A DNA stretch of 55,849 nucleotides, filler included, from Platydemus manokwari (GCA_037951405.1; 4 parts of 4 records of this genome joined end to end with filler, not necessarily neighbours in it); one strand, 5' to 3'; numbered from the whole stretch's first letter, positions 37,729 through 51,313 are shown. Notes: generated from the sequence alone by a model not told the origin. A program made the numbers and translations.

Positions 37729-40700
37729 AAATTTCAACTACCTACAAAATTTATCGTTGATATTTTATCTGCTACATGCTTAATTTCTACTTCATGTTGG
37801 AGTGTATGTAATTGTTGATTTAAGATGAGTAGGATTGGGTAATGGTTGTGTTTATGACATTATAAATCTCCATTTTATTTTACTTCTGTTTGATAGCCAC
37901 TAACACGAAATATTCAGAAATGTAAATATATTCAACAATTACATTTTGAAATAAATTTGTCAATATTCCCACTTCGAAATCATATCTGCAAAACAAAGTA
38001 AATGATCAGTCCACAACGGTGTCAGCACAAGAAAGATGAAACAGAAACAGAAAGAACTACAATAAAAGATTTTTCATTAGAATGAACACGTAAGCAAAAA
38101 AGACAAGTAGAAAATTATTGACCATAAAATACTCGCGGTTTCTCGAAATTCAACTCCTTTTATAGACTTTTCGTGTTGTTGAGTAGATCACCTATCAACC
38201 AAAAGGGTTGCAGAAACCAAGGAAATAACTTTAACAATGGTCAACACACACAGATCCGATAAGCCCTGTGCCGCCAGCCAATCAGATTCATTTAAATATT
38301 AATTCATATTTCGAGCCTAAGAATCGACAGGCACATAACTACAAATGGCAGCAAGCTTAAATATCACCCGATGGCACGAAAGATACTAGGAAAATTTCAA
38401 GTAGATCGATGTACGAACAAATTCAGCAAATGGAAAACGAAGATCCGTGACACCAAGCCGACACACCCGATAGGTCTTTAAAAGAGGTTGAGTTCCATGA
38501 GTCTGCCCGTCTTTTTTGCCGGTATTAATCTTTTTTGGTATTAATCTTAACATTTTGTGATTTTCAGAAACTAGTCCTTTTGGTTACTTTATATGATGTC
38601 TTTAACTTGTGGGTGCTTATGCATCTTGAGTGATAAACAATATTGTATTATAAAGATATTTAATTGTAGTTATTGTGATTAAGATTATAGCACTTTGGGT
38701 AATATAATTTTCAGGTCTAATTGTTGATTAATACCCAAAAGTGTGTTAATTTGTCTCGTAGTGTTACTTTTTTATCACTGATAACATTTACTTACTCATT
38801 TTAAATTGGCTATCTTGGTGTTTGTCGTCTGAATTTTGGAGGCATATGTTTGGCTTTCGGCACGTGTACCTATCTAGTCTTTGTTTCTCAAACCTTTAGA
38901 AGATTATTCCAAAGTGTCCGTAAGTATCTTAAATGCTTTTGATTCGCACTCAACACATGTGATTTGTCGGATATCGTCTCTATATTACTGTTAAGATATG
39001 CATAGATATAAGTAGCAATATCGGGTGTATTTTCTATTAGGCTGTTTTTAATATAGGTGATATTAACCGAAATAAACTGCCCAATTTTATTTTAAGTCCA
39101 ATGCTCTAATTTAAGATATTATTGATATGTTAAATTATCATAATCATTAAAAATAATTTATTTTATATTTTGTTTTTTAATTTTTGTTTTTTCATATGGA
39201 ATTAAGTAATCGAAAAGAATTGATATATTTTTAAATATTTTTCGATTAAAAATAATTGAAATTAATTATATTAATACGCATAAGAACTAACCAATGCAAC
39301 AATATCATTTTTCAAATGAAAAGAAACAATTTGAAGCTTTATGTTGTCATCAATTTGAAGTTCAATAGATATACTTTAGCTTTGTAACAACGACGTAATG
39401 AAAGAATGTAGATAGCAAAAATTACAAGCAACTGGTATTGGTGAAAGAGCTAAAGAAATTTGATTTATTACAGTGAAAAAGCATCAGATGAATGTAGAAT
39501 GTTAATTGAATAAATTTGTATGTATCGAGATGATCTTCAACACAATGTTCTGCTCTACGTCAAATAGCGAACAAATACATTTTTCGACAAGAATTGTTTT
39601 GAAAAAATAATTGAAAATATTAAGTACAAGTTATGAGAAAATACTCTGGATTTTAAGATAATATATTTACAGATCAAATCTTTGTAATTTTTTATTAATA
39701 CATTAAGTTGATTTTGTTGGTCTGGTCATTAAAATTCTTATACAAATTCTATTAGTAATTTGAAATGCTGAAAATGTGTTTGAAACAAAATTAGTGAAAC
39801 AATAATTTAAAGAATTGTAAAAATGTACTAAAAAGATAAATAAACTAAAGTTAAAAAAGGGTCCTAAAATAAAATTTTTAAATTGTGGAGTGTGTTGCAA
39901 AAATCTATATAGATTATTTAATTAAATTCTTTAATAACTTTTTGATTTTTGATTTTAGTACTTGAGTAAAATTTTAGTTATTTAGAAACAAATAATACAT
40001 GCACAGGAATTTTAAAATCTCTTAAAAATTAATTATTTGAAAAACGGGTCAAAGTAGGTCAAAATGCAATTAATTGAAAATTAGCGAGGACCCCTTCTTT
40101 TAACATTAGAAGCAATTGGAATGATATCTAAGATTTTTAGAGTTATTTTATAAAAAAGTGACTTTTAAATGATTGAGAAGTACCAGGAACAAGGTACCTG
40201 TGTTTTCTCTCAAAATAAGTATATTAATATAAACCTAATTATATTAATTATAAACCTAAAATTGAATTTTATGTAAAAATTTCATTAAAATATGATTAAA
40301 AATAAATTTTAATATCAAATAACCCACGAAAAGCCATTACTTTAAAATTGGGTCAATGGACCCTTATTCTTAACTTAAGCCGATAAATATTCTAAAATGA
40401 ATTTGATTTTTAAAGATTTAATTCATATTTTATATATTTAATGTGTTAATTTGCTTAAATAATTGTAGTAAAGTATATTTTTGTGTATTGAATTTTCAGT
40501 TTGTTTTCAATTCGTGTTTTATTACACAGTTGTGGCTTACATGAATTATTGTGGGTTTTTATTTAATTTTATGGACAAGGAAAGTGTTTCACGGATTCGA
40601 GGATAAATTTTCATCGAATAACTTTGAGTCGCCTGTAAGATCAACAAAATACACGCATGCTAAATTGTAGCCCACGACATTATAATAACTATTTAACCAA

Positions 40701-41019
40701 CATCAAATGGATGATGAACATGATTTAATGTAATTTTTGAAAGAAATAAATACAGGAGAAATGTAAAAATATTGAAATGATTAATAATGATAATTATTAT
40801 TATGAAACTAATCGAATATTCATGTAAAAATACACACTAGCAAGAGCGAGAAAATAAAATTTTCTACCACACTTCATATATGTACTACGCAGCTTTTATT
40901 CAGAAAAATTGAAGCTGTAAATAGAGATATCGTTGACTGATATTGCTATTACTGATATTGCAACTCTAAAACTGATAAAATACAGTATTTTGAATATTTA
41001 TAATCAATTCTACAGAAGA

Positions 41020-41900
41020 GTAAGCGGTACCCAATTTTGCTTGCCCTCGGTAAATCTTAACAGCCTTTATAGAAAAATTCCAATCCCATGAAATTAGCAT
41101 GAATTGAAATCTTTAAAACTTTAAATTTGTCAAGATTAATACTGAGTTGTATCATGAAAGTAATCCATTAAAATAAAATTGTTCTAAAAACGGTTTATTC
41201 TTGTAACCAAATGCGAAAATATTGGTCATAATTAATTTATTCTTCACGCCTTACAATAAAGAAAAATTATAACAGATTGCATTCATATTTTACTCGAAAC
41301 TCAAAATCTCATAAAGTTTTTTAAAATAGGTTTCAATTGATGAGATTTAAAATCTTCAATATGGACATCCATTAAGTTTATTTTTATGATCATCCTTATG
41401 AAACACATCTTCTACCATTTACGTTCTTGTAGAAGGCAGTAGGTACCTCGTCGACTTATTGGGGAACTATTCTTTGATAATATTCAATTAAGAATGATTA
41501 ATAATCTTTAATTGGTTTAGCTTATAAAGACAATCTAGCTGGAAGATTTTTGTTAGTTATCTAACAGAATAGACCAGTAAAATATATTATTCCTCAAAGA
41601 GATTAAAAATTCAATAAAATTATCTATTCCGATTAGAAAATATTTCTCGATATGCGAGTTCGGCAGGTCTTGGCCTTCAAATTTATTTTGCTTTTTATTC
41701 CTCCGAGTGCTATCTATTATTTTCATACAAGGAATCGTGCGAAATTTCAAAACTGGAAATTGAGCATGTTCATTTGAGAGAGTTTTCCAGATAAGACTGA
41801 TTATCTTTTAAAAAATTATCAACAAATATCTAAGTAAATACAGTCAATGTAAAATCGTGCTGGTTTGAAAATAAATTAAATCGGTGATGTTAGAATAATA
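41020..41900 (-). mobile_element. Decayed gypsy RNase H-integrase fragment
   Basis: Ordered remnants DNQS (TDH.L-like), FEISH..YENN (FEI.H.PG.EN..AD-like) and IHANFMG (integrase IH.DF.G). Heavily broken. Confidence 0.35.
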
Positions 41901-42399
41901 GCTGTATGTAAATACAAAATATTGTTAAAATAATTTTTCATGATAAATGTTTTGAAAGCATACAAGAGTTCATTAGAATTAACGATTATTACTTCTTCAC
42001 ACAGCATGTATAAAATTCTTTATTTTTTTGACTTTTATCAAAATCTTCTTTCTTAAAGCTGTCATTAATAACGAGATTTAGTACAGATTAAAGTATGTCG
42101 AATCAATTTTTAATTTTAATAGAAATCGATTTAGGAATTTTTGATGCCAATCTTGTGCCTTTTAATTAACTGGGGAAAATGTAAATGTTATGCAGATATT
42201 TTTTAAAACAAATAGTTTCATAATTATTGATACGTACAATTTTACTCATCTGAACAGTATTATTATGGTTTTGATATCTTCAGACATGTTCGAGTCGTAT
42301 TGCAGATGCTTTTGGAAACAGTTTCCGCAATCGAATATTATTCGCATCTTCGATACAAATTTTTGCACCAAGTTTGCATCATATTTTTATTTAATCTTT

Positions 42400-43670
42400 A
42401 CTTTCTCATGTTTCTTTTGGACTTACTGGTTTTCGTATGTGCCGGATTGGTCAGTCCATATGTGTGTGTTGCATTGTGGTTATGTCTTTTTTTCCAATTA
42501 TAGTTTTTCATTTAACTCAGATGTGATTGGTTAATCGCCTTGTTTGTATGTTTGTGTAGGCATACAAATGTTTAAAGGGTTCTAAGTTGCATTTTTCTTT
42601 TTCAGAATTTCGTCTCTATTCAACAATTGCATTTCCTTTCGATATCTCTGCGAAAGCAATGTTTCTTGCTACACATATCTTGAAACTACATTGATAATAG
42701 ATCCTTTTCCAAATAATTATTTATGTTACCTTTTTATTTTTGGCTATTTTGTTGTTGTTGTTGCTTGATTCAGAATTAAATGTTCTCTCATTCGTAGCTG
42801 GTCTGCCTATAGACTGATTTATGTCAGAGTCCCCTGTACGTTCTTGAGGAGTGATGATTTTGAGGATTTTACAATGAATTATATTTGAAAAATTTTAAAA
42901 TCAGATTTTTATCAAATATTAGTTTGTTTAAAAAATTCTAGTTTAAATATAATTATGTGTCTTGACTTTCAGTAAGTTTCTGACTAGGGATTTATCAAAC
43001 AGTATAAGCTTAACAGGATCAAATCAGATGTATTATTCATATTACTGATTTTTACATAATGAAGGTAACAGGTAAATTTGTATTATATGTAGCGGGAAAA
43101 ATACATATTAGTATTGTTAATTGAATTTCTAATCTTTATTGAATTTTAAAAGTAGGCTTTAGCGAAATTGGTTATAATGATGTCAGCCATGGCCTAACTT
43201 TAAAGGGAACTAGGTCCAGCCTAAGTTTTTTTCAAACCGAAATGGTAAAACCGTTAATTATCAACGAGACAAAAATTGTCAACATTTTTTTGAAAGAAGA
43301 TTTAAACAAGTTAATCAGTGATAAATTTGCAAGATGAACCTGAAATTCTAGACAAATAAAATGTTTTACTATTTGTTTCTATAATTCGATATGTTTGACT
43401 ATGATTTTTCTTTTAATATAAAATATTGTTATGTTGAGTGATATGAAATCCTGCAAAAAGAAAAACGAAACTACACCTTTGATCCCTTGTTTTAGCACTT
43501 TGAACATTTGCATGCCTACACGACCATAGAGGCATGCAAATCGGCCAATTACAGTGAAGTTAGGTAGTAAATTACAATCGGGAAAAAGGACATAACTACA
43601 CAAAACACACATCTAAGGATTGACCAATCCAATTCATCTAAAAACCAAAAAACCCAATAAGAACACAAGA
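42400..43670. repeat. Diverged inverted repeat pair (~42400-42620 vs ~43445-43670)
   Basis: ggattggtca.tcc...atgtgtg...gttatgtc.tttttcc.att.ta...gtgtaggcat.caaatgtt.aaag is present forward at ~42444 and reverse-complemented at ~43500-43630. Confidence 0.75.
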
Positions 43671-46342
43671 AGACTAACACCAAATCAAATTGTAGTACAT
43701 CATGACACAGAGAGATACACACAGATCGCGAGTATATAAAGTAATGTAAAGATGGACAACTGCCATTTGGAAGCCAGATTTTGGTGAAATCATTGTGGTC
43801 GTATTTGATTATTGTGGTTTCACGTCAGTTGTTGTAATTGTATATTGACTAATATACATTATTTGGGAGTCAGAAGTTTGTTATTCATTTATACCTCAAC
43901 AATTAAGAGAAAAAAGTACAATATGAGAATTATATTTTTATTATTAAACTAAGAACATGGTAATATTATAAAATAAAATTAATTTAAAAAGTATTGCCAA
44001 ATTCTGCTCGAAAGTAACTCTTATCTATTTCGGCAAAGGGTTAAGCAGTGGGTTGTGGGAATTTCTAAATTGACTTAATATTTCTTGATAAAAATGAATT
44101 TATGATGACTGCAGCACATGAATCTTGCAATCTCAACACAGAATCCCATATCAAAATAACTTATCGAATTGTGAATATCCTTTAAAATAGGAAAAAATGA
44201 TGACTACGATTCAACGAATCAAAAATTTTAGAAACATTATCAATAATCAAATAGTTTTGTACTTTGCAATTTCCTTGATTAATTCACTGGATTTGTTGTT
44301 CCGAATTCATGAAATTTTTAGCTTAAAATATGGCATTTACTTAACTTCGATATTTTGGTTGAAGTGCTTTGTTGAAATTTCATAGACACGAAGCTGTAAT
44401 TAAGATTTTCTGTAGTATCAGTAGCGCGAAATGTAGTGTCTTCCTAAAATGTTGGTTTAAATTGATGCTACGGTTATTTTGTCAGAATTCTAAAATTTGA
44501 AACAGTATTGACAGATAAAGCAAATAGATCACTTGACGTACTAGTCTTAGGCACTCTTCGTGTCTCTTAGCAATGAGTGAGAATGAGTTTGTTCATGACT
44601 AGGTACATGTGATAGTTACTCAAAATTGATGGTGAAACCATTACATCTTTAATAAATGGCTTTCAAAAATATATTTGCATTTGAACGAAAATTGTCAATT
44701 GATTTGACCAATCTAAACTGGCTTTATTTTTGGTTTTAAGTTTATAAGATGATTCCAAATTACCATTGAGACGGAGGATCAAATTGGCAATTGATGGAAT
44801 CAAATGACGATAACCTATTGCTAATTCTTTTATAATCCGTTGGAATTTGTATTCATCTAAGAGAGTCAATAGATCAGCAATTTCGTGTTTTGGATAAATG
44901 CACGTGTAATATGTATAAGAATGTAGCGATAAGCAAAAAATCAATATATATATTTGGCCTTAAAAAGTATCACTCACGTCGACTTTAAAAATGAAATATT
45001 ACTTTTTATTTATCTTTCCTGTGTTGGACGAGAAATCACTCTTCATTCCATTATTTATCGGGAACGTTGTTTATTTTAGCTGCCAAAGGTAGTTGTGTTT
45101 AAGATTGCTGTTGAAAAGTAAAGTATATATCTTTTAATCTCAAATATTTTCTGATGCCCCAGTAGTTCTCATATAATATACATTTTTTATTAATTTCTGG
45201 ATGATTTTATAATTAGATATCCGACATATCTACTTGCTGCAGGTTAGAGTTTTTATCGATTGCAAGTTGATCTTGAAAACCGTGAATTTATTCCGTTTAC
45301 ATGGTAACAAATTTACATCATATTTCTGAGGTTGAAATAAAAAATTGTTCTTTTTGCTGTGTAAATAGTTTTTTACTTTGACTTGTAAATCAGAGATACT
45401 CTTAATTGGCTTTATTTGTTGGCAGAATTCACTCAACAGATGACACACTTGTATATAATCAATACATAAAATACATAATAACATTATATTAAACCTTATG
45501 ATTGATCTAGCTCACTGATTTTTTACTCTAGGCGATATCACAATTATATAAACTTAATTTAATATATTGGGCACCCAATTCAATACGCCATATTTCTTAA
45601 TTCAAGGAAATTAGATCATTGGAATTTCTGAATCATTTGTTGAGATTAAAGAAAGACTGTCATCAAAATATACACATATTTAACTAAAAAAAATTATACA
45701 AAACACCAATCAAACTTACATATTTGCAAAGACCCATCGCCAAATGCTCGAATTGATGTTATTAAATGAGTGAGACCGCACACGTTTTAAATTAAAATCC
45801 ATATTAAATAGTTGCAAGTTTGTTTTCAGAATATTTATCAAAAAAATCCCAAAAATCAGTTAAACTTAGTAACATAATTTAGATCTTGATAAATGAAATA
45901 TTCATATCAGAAAAACAAAGAACTTCAGAAATATTTATAGCACAGAAACAGATCATATGGTCATAAACGTTATTGTCCTGAAGCATCATATTAAATGGTG
46001 GGATTCTATCATGAAATTTAGAAGTGATTGAATTACTTATTATTTGAATTGTTTTTCTTCCTCTCTGTATGGATTTTTTATAGCACCAAGATTTTGAACA
46101 GAATTGTTAAATGGCCCTAAATGTTTTTAACTAGATTAAATTCACTAAGGGTCACCGCGATGTAGGTAAACCATATATGCATTCATAACTTAAGTAGGAC
46201 ACCATACTATTTATTAGAAAATTTAATTCTATGGAAGTCATTTAATTTTTTACTTTTCGATAAATATATATCATATTTTAAATCATATGAAAGAGTTAAT
46301 CTTATATAGAGTTCATTCAGAAAGAGTCTAGGTTTAGAGAAA

Positions 46343-46462
46343 TTAGAAATTTTTAAATGAAANNNNNNNNNNNNNNNNNNNNNNNNNNNNNNNNNNNNNN
46401 NNNNNNTTAATTAATTAANNNNNNNNNNNNNNNNNNNNNNNNNNNNNNNNNNNNNNNNNNNN
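46343..46462. other. Scaffold gap with artificial TTAATTAATTAA spacer
   Basis: 64 N + 12-mer (46407-46418) + 44 N. Confidence 0.98.
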
Positions 46463-47190
46463 GTAAGTGCATTTTAAGATTTTTCATATCATTTTTTCTC
46501 ATTTACAACTTTATTATAAGGTTGCGATAAAAAATGTCTAAAAATAGCAAAAAAATTGAGAAAATCGTTACACGTGATGAAATTTTTACACATAATTTGA
46601 ACAATACACTTAGAGCAGCCTTTGCTATTGTTCTTCCCCAGTTATTCCCGTATTCTCGATCAAGCAGCCTCATTTGTTTCATACAAGTAGTCCAGTGTTT
46701 TTTTGAGACTTATTTCAAGATCGTAATGCAGGTCCATCCAATTTATTTTGGACATTACGATCTATATTGGTGCTTAGGCATATTAACAAATTCTGCTGTG
46801 ACAGCAGATCGAATCTCTTATTATTATTATTTAATAAAGAATTCTCAAATTGCTTCCACAATAACATAATGTTGAATGCATTAAATGAAATGAATATGCA
46901 ACACAACAGTTGTCAATGAACTACTACTAATGAGATGTGAAGGCTAATGGAATGACAATAAGTTCGAATACATCACTAATGGATTCAAGATCCTATTAAA
47001 TACTGATGAATAAAAATTATTTCGAAACCGATCCATCGGTGGATTGCGTGCTTGAACTGTTGTCGATCCAATCAGCAATCTTCATCACGTTTAAAACTTT
47101 AATGAGACAAATATGAACACAAAATAGAAAAATCAATTAGTAGACACCCATATAATTATAAATCCCACCCATTCTGTTCAATAAAATTAC

Positions 47191-47399
47191 CACAAATTTA
47201 AATCCACTGATCTTCGAAAAAGTTGCTTTTATATTATCGACATCTATTTGGCTACCATTTCTGTCCGTTTGGTTATTGAAAACAAGACAGAAATCTTTAA
47301 CACTTATTAAATTTCACTACAAATTACAAACATGCTTACTATCACGGTTATCCTTGATCTTGTAATACCTATCGGGCGAAATCCGTGATAAACTTTCTT
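47191..47399 (-). CDS. Caspase-family protein, two exons at the start of the p20 domain (partial gene)
   Basis: Exons 47340-47399 and 47191-47294, joined by a 45-nt gtaagc...ttaaag intron, give EESLSRISPDRYYKIKDNRDNFCLVFNNQTDRNGSQIDVDNIKATFSKISGFKFV|gtaatt. This matches Y-M---RG-CLIINN---R-GS--D---L---F---GF-V. Catalytic SHG and QACxG exons were not found. Confidence 0.7.
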
Positions 47400-48148
47400 C
47401 TAAATCTTAAAATCATTAAGTGACAGATTTGGTAACAGAATCCATAATTCAATAATAAATGATTTTGAGAAATAATTATTAAATAATTATTATAACATTA
47501 ATAGTTTATCCTTACTAAATTATGCTAATAGGATATCCATAAAAATTCACAATTTAAGTATCAGAGGAATCAATGGGAGAAAATAGATGAATGAAAATGA
47601 AATTCTACTGGAAAATATTTCAGTTTAATTTTTGGTATATAGAAATATTATTGGATAATTACAAATACCTTTTTTTCAAAAATGCGAAATAATTATTGAA
47701 GTGGAGTTTTGAGAAATCCATATATTACGAGATAAGCGGAAATATTGATTAAACACGATTAAATTTCTGACAGTTCAGAATCGGTTGATCACTCATAAAA
47801 ATTATCAAAGATCCATTTATAAACACCTTATAAACAACTTGAGATAATAGTTCTATAAAGCCATGAAGATTATTTGTGAATAAATAGTCATTAGTTTCAC
47901 AATCTAATGTTATTAAATAGTGTTGAAATAGATTTAAAACTTTAACAGAACCTAGTATTGATAACCGGCAAACACAATAAAACAACAAATAAGTATATTA
48001 CACTTCAATTATCAGTAGGCTATGATGACGTCGACTAATTTCCATTCGAACTTATGATCTTTAAAATCTCAATTGAAATTAACGATTTATGGTGATTAAT
48101 CAATCTTTGGGAATATCCTCAAATTAAAATTCTTAATCGCTACTGATT

Positions 48149-48717
48149 CTGATTGGTTGGTCATCGATTATCTGTGTATGTATATAAAATATCTAAACGT
48201 GGGTATATATGTACGAAGGGTAATTGTCATAGAAAAAATGATAAAACAATTTCTATTTCTATCGTCAAGCGACAGACAATCTGTATTGTAAAGGGTAATT
48301 CTAAGATTTTGATTTAAAAGCGCATACGTATATATTATCGAGAATTTCTTTAGCAGTGTCTGTTAATTGTAAATTTTACAATCTCTGTCGCGTTCTAGTT
48401 TCTCTAACAATGATAGATTTTAGCTCTACATACTGATTGGTTGGTCATCGATTATCTGTGTATGCATATAAAATATCTAAACGTGGGTATATATGTACGA
48501 AGGGTTGTTGTCATAGAAAAAATGATAAAACAATTTCTATTTCTATCGTCAAGCGACAGACAATCTGTATTGTAAAGGGTGATTCTAAGATTTTGATTTA
48601 AAAGCGCATACGTATATATTATCGAGAATTTCTTTTCCAGTGTCTGTTAATTGTAAATTTTACAATCTCTGTCGCGTTCTAGTTTCTCTAACAACGATAG
48701 ATTTTAGATCTACATAC
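48149..48717 (+). repeat. Near-identical tandem duplication, 284 bp x2
   Basis: Units start ctgattggttggtcatcg at 48149 and 48433 and differ by only a handful of substitutions. Confidence 0.97.
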
Positions 48718-48799
48718 CTATTTTGACTATCTGTTTAATTTCAGTTCAATTTTTATTTTAAATTTTTTCATTTAGAATGCTGCATCGAAATTGATTTAT

Positions 48800-49915
48800 A
48801 AGGGTCTAGGAACACACATCATCATGATCTACAATGTGTAACATCTCTTAACTCCCTCTTTTACCTGGATTTTGATAAAATTCGATTCCCAATATAAAAA
48901 TAATGTTCACCATCCCATTTGAGATTTTCATTGGATATAATTCTGGAAATTATTTTATGAATAAATTTTTACTATCCCTGTATTTGAACACCTTTGACGT
49001 TGAAGAAATCTATGCAACTCTTATTATCTGATTTGACATTTCCTTAATGTACCACCGCAATTCGTCCTCAGTTCTTAAAATTAGGATTCGTGACAAATTC
49101 ATTGCAACATCCTTTGAAATTTTCTACGCTATTACTGATCATTTCAATAACTCTATCGTCTCTAGATTGAATGCTTTATTATTTAACCTACATATATTGT
49201 CTATACCTTTCCAAATTAGTGTAGCATTCCCCTTCATGATGTCCTCGATAATAACATTTATTGTATCTGATTGATTTTGTATAATATCTAGCTATTTGGC
49301 CCTTATCGTAATAGGCAGGAATGTTATTACCTTTTGGCTATTATAATTTCTTGCTATACAATTTGTTGCAGTCTAAACAAGTCCTGGTTTCTATTCAACT
49401 TGTCTACTCATTTAGCGTGTGATTTATTTTCCTTCTCGTTATTAATTAATTCATTCATTCAAGTATCCACTGTTTACATTCTTCATTTCTCGAACTTCCT
49501 CCAACTTTTACATTTTTAAACTTTGGAAACTCTACGATGTCGAGGATTTTTATTTTTTAAAATAAAGCATTTTCTGAGTAATGTACCACTGGGAATAGGA
49601 TAAAGTATTCTTTAGTCGACTTATGCGACATAATATCGTTGGCTATCTGTTCTTTCTTATTTAAGAACGCTTCTGCTGATTCTGATTACCTTTGGTATTG
49701 AATAGCTTTCAATTAATCTAGTGTTAATGATCTTTTTTGATCAATGGGCTTTCCTCTTAATTTCAACTGAAACCGCCTCATATATTGTTCCAAATATCGC
49801 TACTATGACTAAACTATTCAGCGCCGTGGTGGTCTTGTTAATCTCTAAATATTGAATACAGCTTTTGATAAACATTTCGATATCCTCCCCAAGTGTGTAG
49901 TTTTTGATTCCCATT
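48800..49915 (-). mobile_element. Decayed LTR-retrotransposon gag-like region
   Basis: MGIKNYTLGEDIEMFIKSCIQYLEI... followed by a Q..SES.EAF motif, and a broken RCY zinc-knuckle-like end near 48830. Confidence 0.35.
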
Positions 49916-51313
49916 GTGAATAATGTTGAGATTGTGTCAGATTAACTCCAGATTCATCATCGTGAAAACTTATCTTTTTAAAAGAGTATTTAGACATCAA
50001 GGTTCATCAATGTGACCAAAATTAATGAAAGAAAAATATTAAACGTGCCCGTGAATATTTACTTTGTATTCTAGCAGGTATTTTGATATTTCTGGATCTG
50101 CAAACTCTACTGGTATGACCATGTAAACCAAATACAAAACATGTCTATTTTCTTTGTCTGGTAATCTCCAAGGTTAAGAAGTGGAGAAGAATTGTTACTT
50201 AGCGATTTTTGAGTAATGTAAATTTGTAAATGTAAATGTAAAATTGTGTTACACATGAAGTTAATAACTGCAAACTGTCTTATATACATGAATGTTCTCG
50301 TGGATTATAAACAATCGTTCACTGGAGATCTCCTTGGCTTATGTTCATCAATTAATTTTGCTGCACCTTTTGATCACGGTTTCCTTGGCCAATTCGTAAA
50401 TAATGAAGTAGATGAATTCTACTGCATCTACCCTGTACCTATCTATTAATAGCTTCTGATATTTTGCTAAGTCCCTTGCGGGAAATAATTGTATTGAGTG
50501 GATAGATTGAGTAAAAAGAGTGATTTTTATTAGATTATTCATTGCCTAAAAACATTGTGTTAAATTTGCTTAAAGTCAAACTCACCAAATAATCAGTGAT
50601 ATATCAAATCAAAATTCATGAATAAGATTTATTGGCATAAGCAGTTCTACTCAATCGTTAAACATTCAAGCTTATTATCAAAGTCTAGGAATCATCTATA
50701 GAACTAGTTGATATAATTTATATTATAAAACAATCGACACTTTTTTGAGAACATAGTAATGGTGTTATCAAAACATAAATTTAAACAAATTAAAAACTAG
50801 AATTGTCATTGTTTGATATGACAGTTTAGGACATACTAGTTCTCGTCAATTGTATTTATTATAGCGGATGTAACAAAGATTAATAATTATTGGTTGTATG
50901 ATCTCAGTATGGACATACCAGTTAGTTTATTGTTGTGAAATGTTTCCATGGAGATCTACGGATCAATTATAATAAACACGATGCAATATTGTTCCCAAAT
51001 TAAATTTTTACCCTAAAAAATTAAACATTTCCAATGATCGTGATCAACATCATTCTATAATGTGAGAAAAAGAAAATTTTCCTACTAATTATTACCTTTT
51101 CCCACATAATAGATTTATTATATTAATTATAATATCTTTTACTTAAATAGCCGATGTGAAACAGCAATATAAAAATTCGGGTTGATAATTTGATGATAGC
51201 TCGAAATGAACAACTAGAATCACTTTTGAAATCATCATCTCAGCATCTCAAAAGTATCCATTGATGGGATTAATAATCGCTTTTCATATGAATTCGTTAC
51301 CATGACAATGTTA

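Noticed and set aside
44560-44612. LLAMS peptide resembling an upstream APC exon
   Set aside because: An in-frame stop precedes the donor and there is no further similarity.
45615-45802. Small spliced ORF or PEX7-like GDGSLQI on the minus strand
   Set aside because: The PEX7-like frame has an upstream stop and no acceptor. The ATG frame yields only ~42 aa with no recognisable homology.
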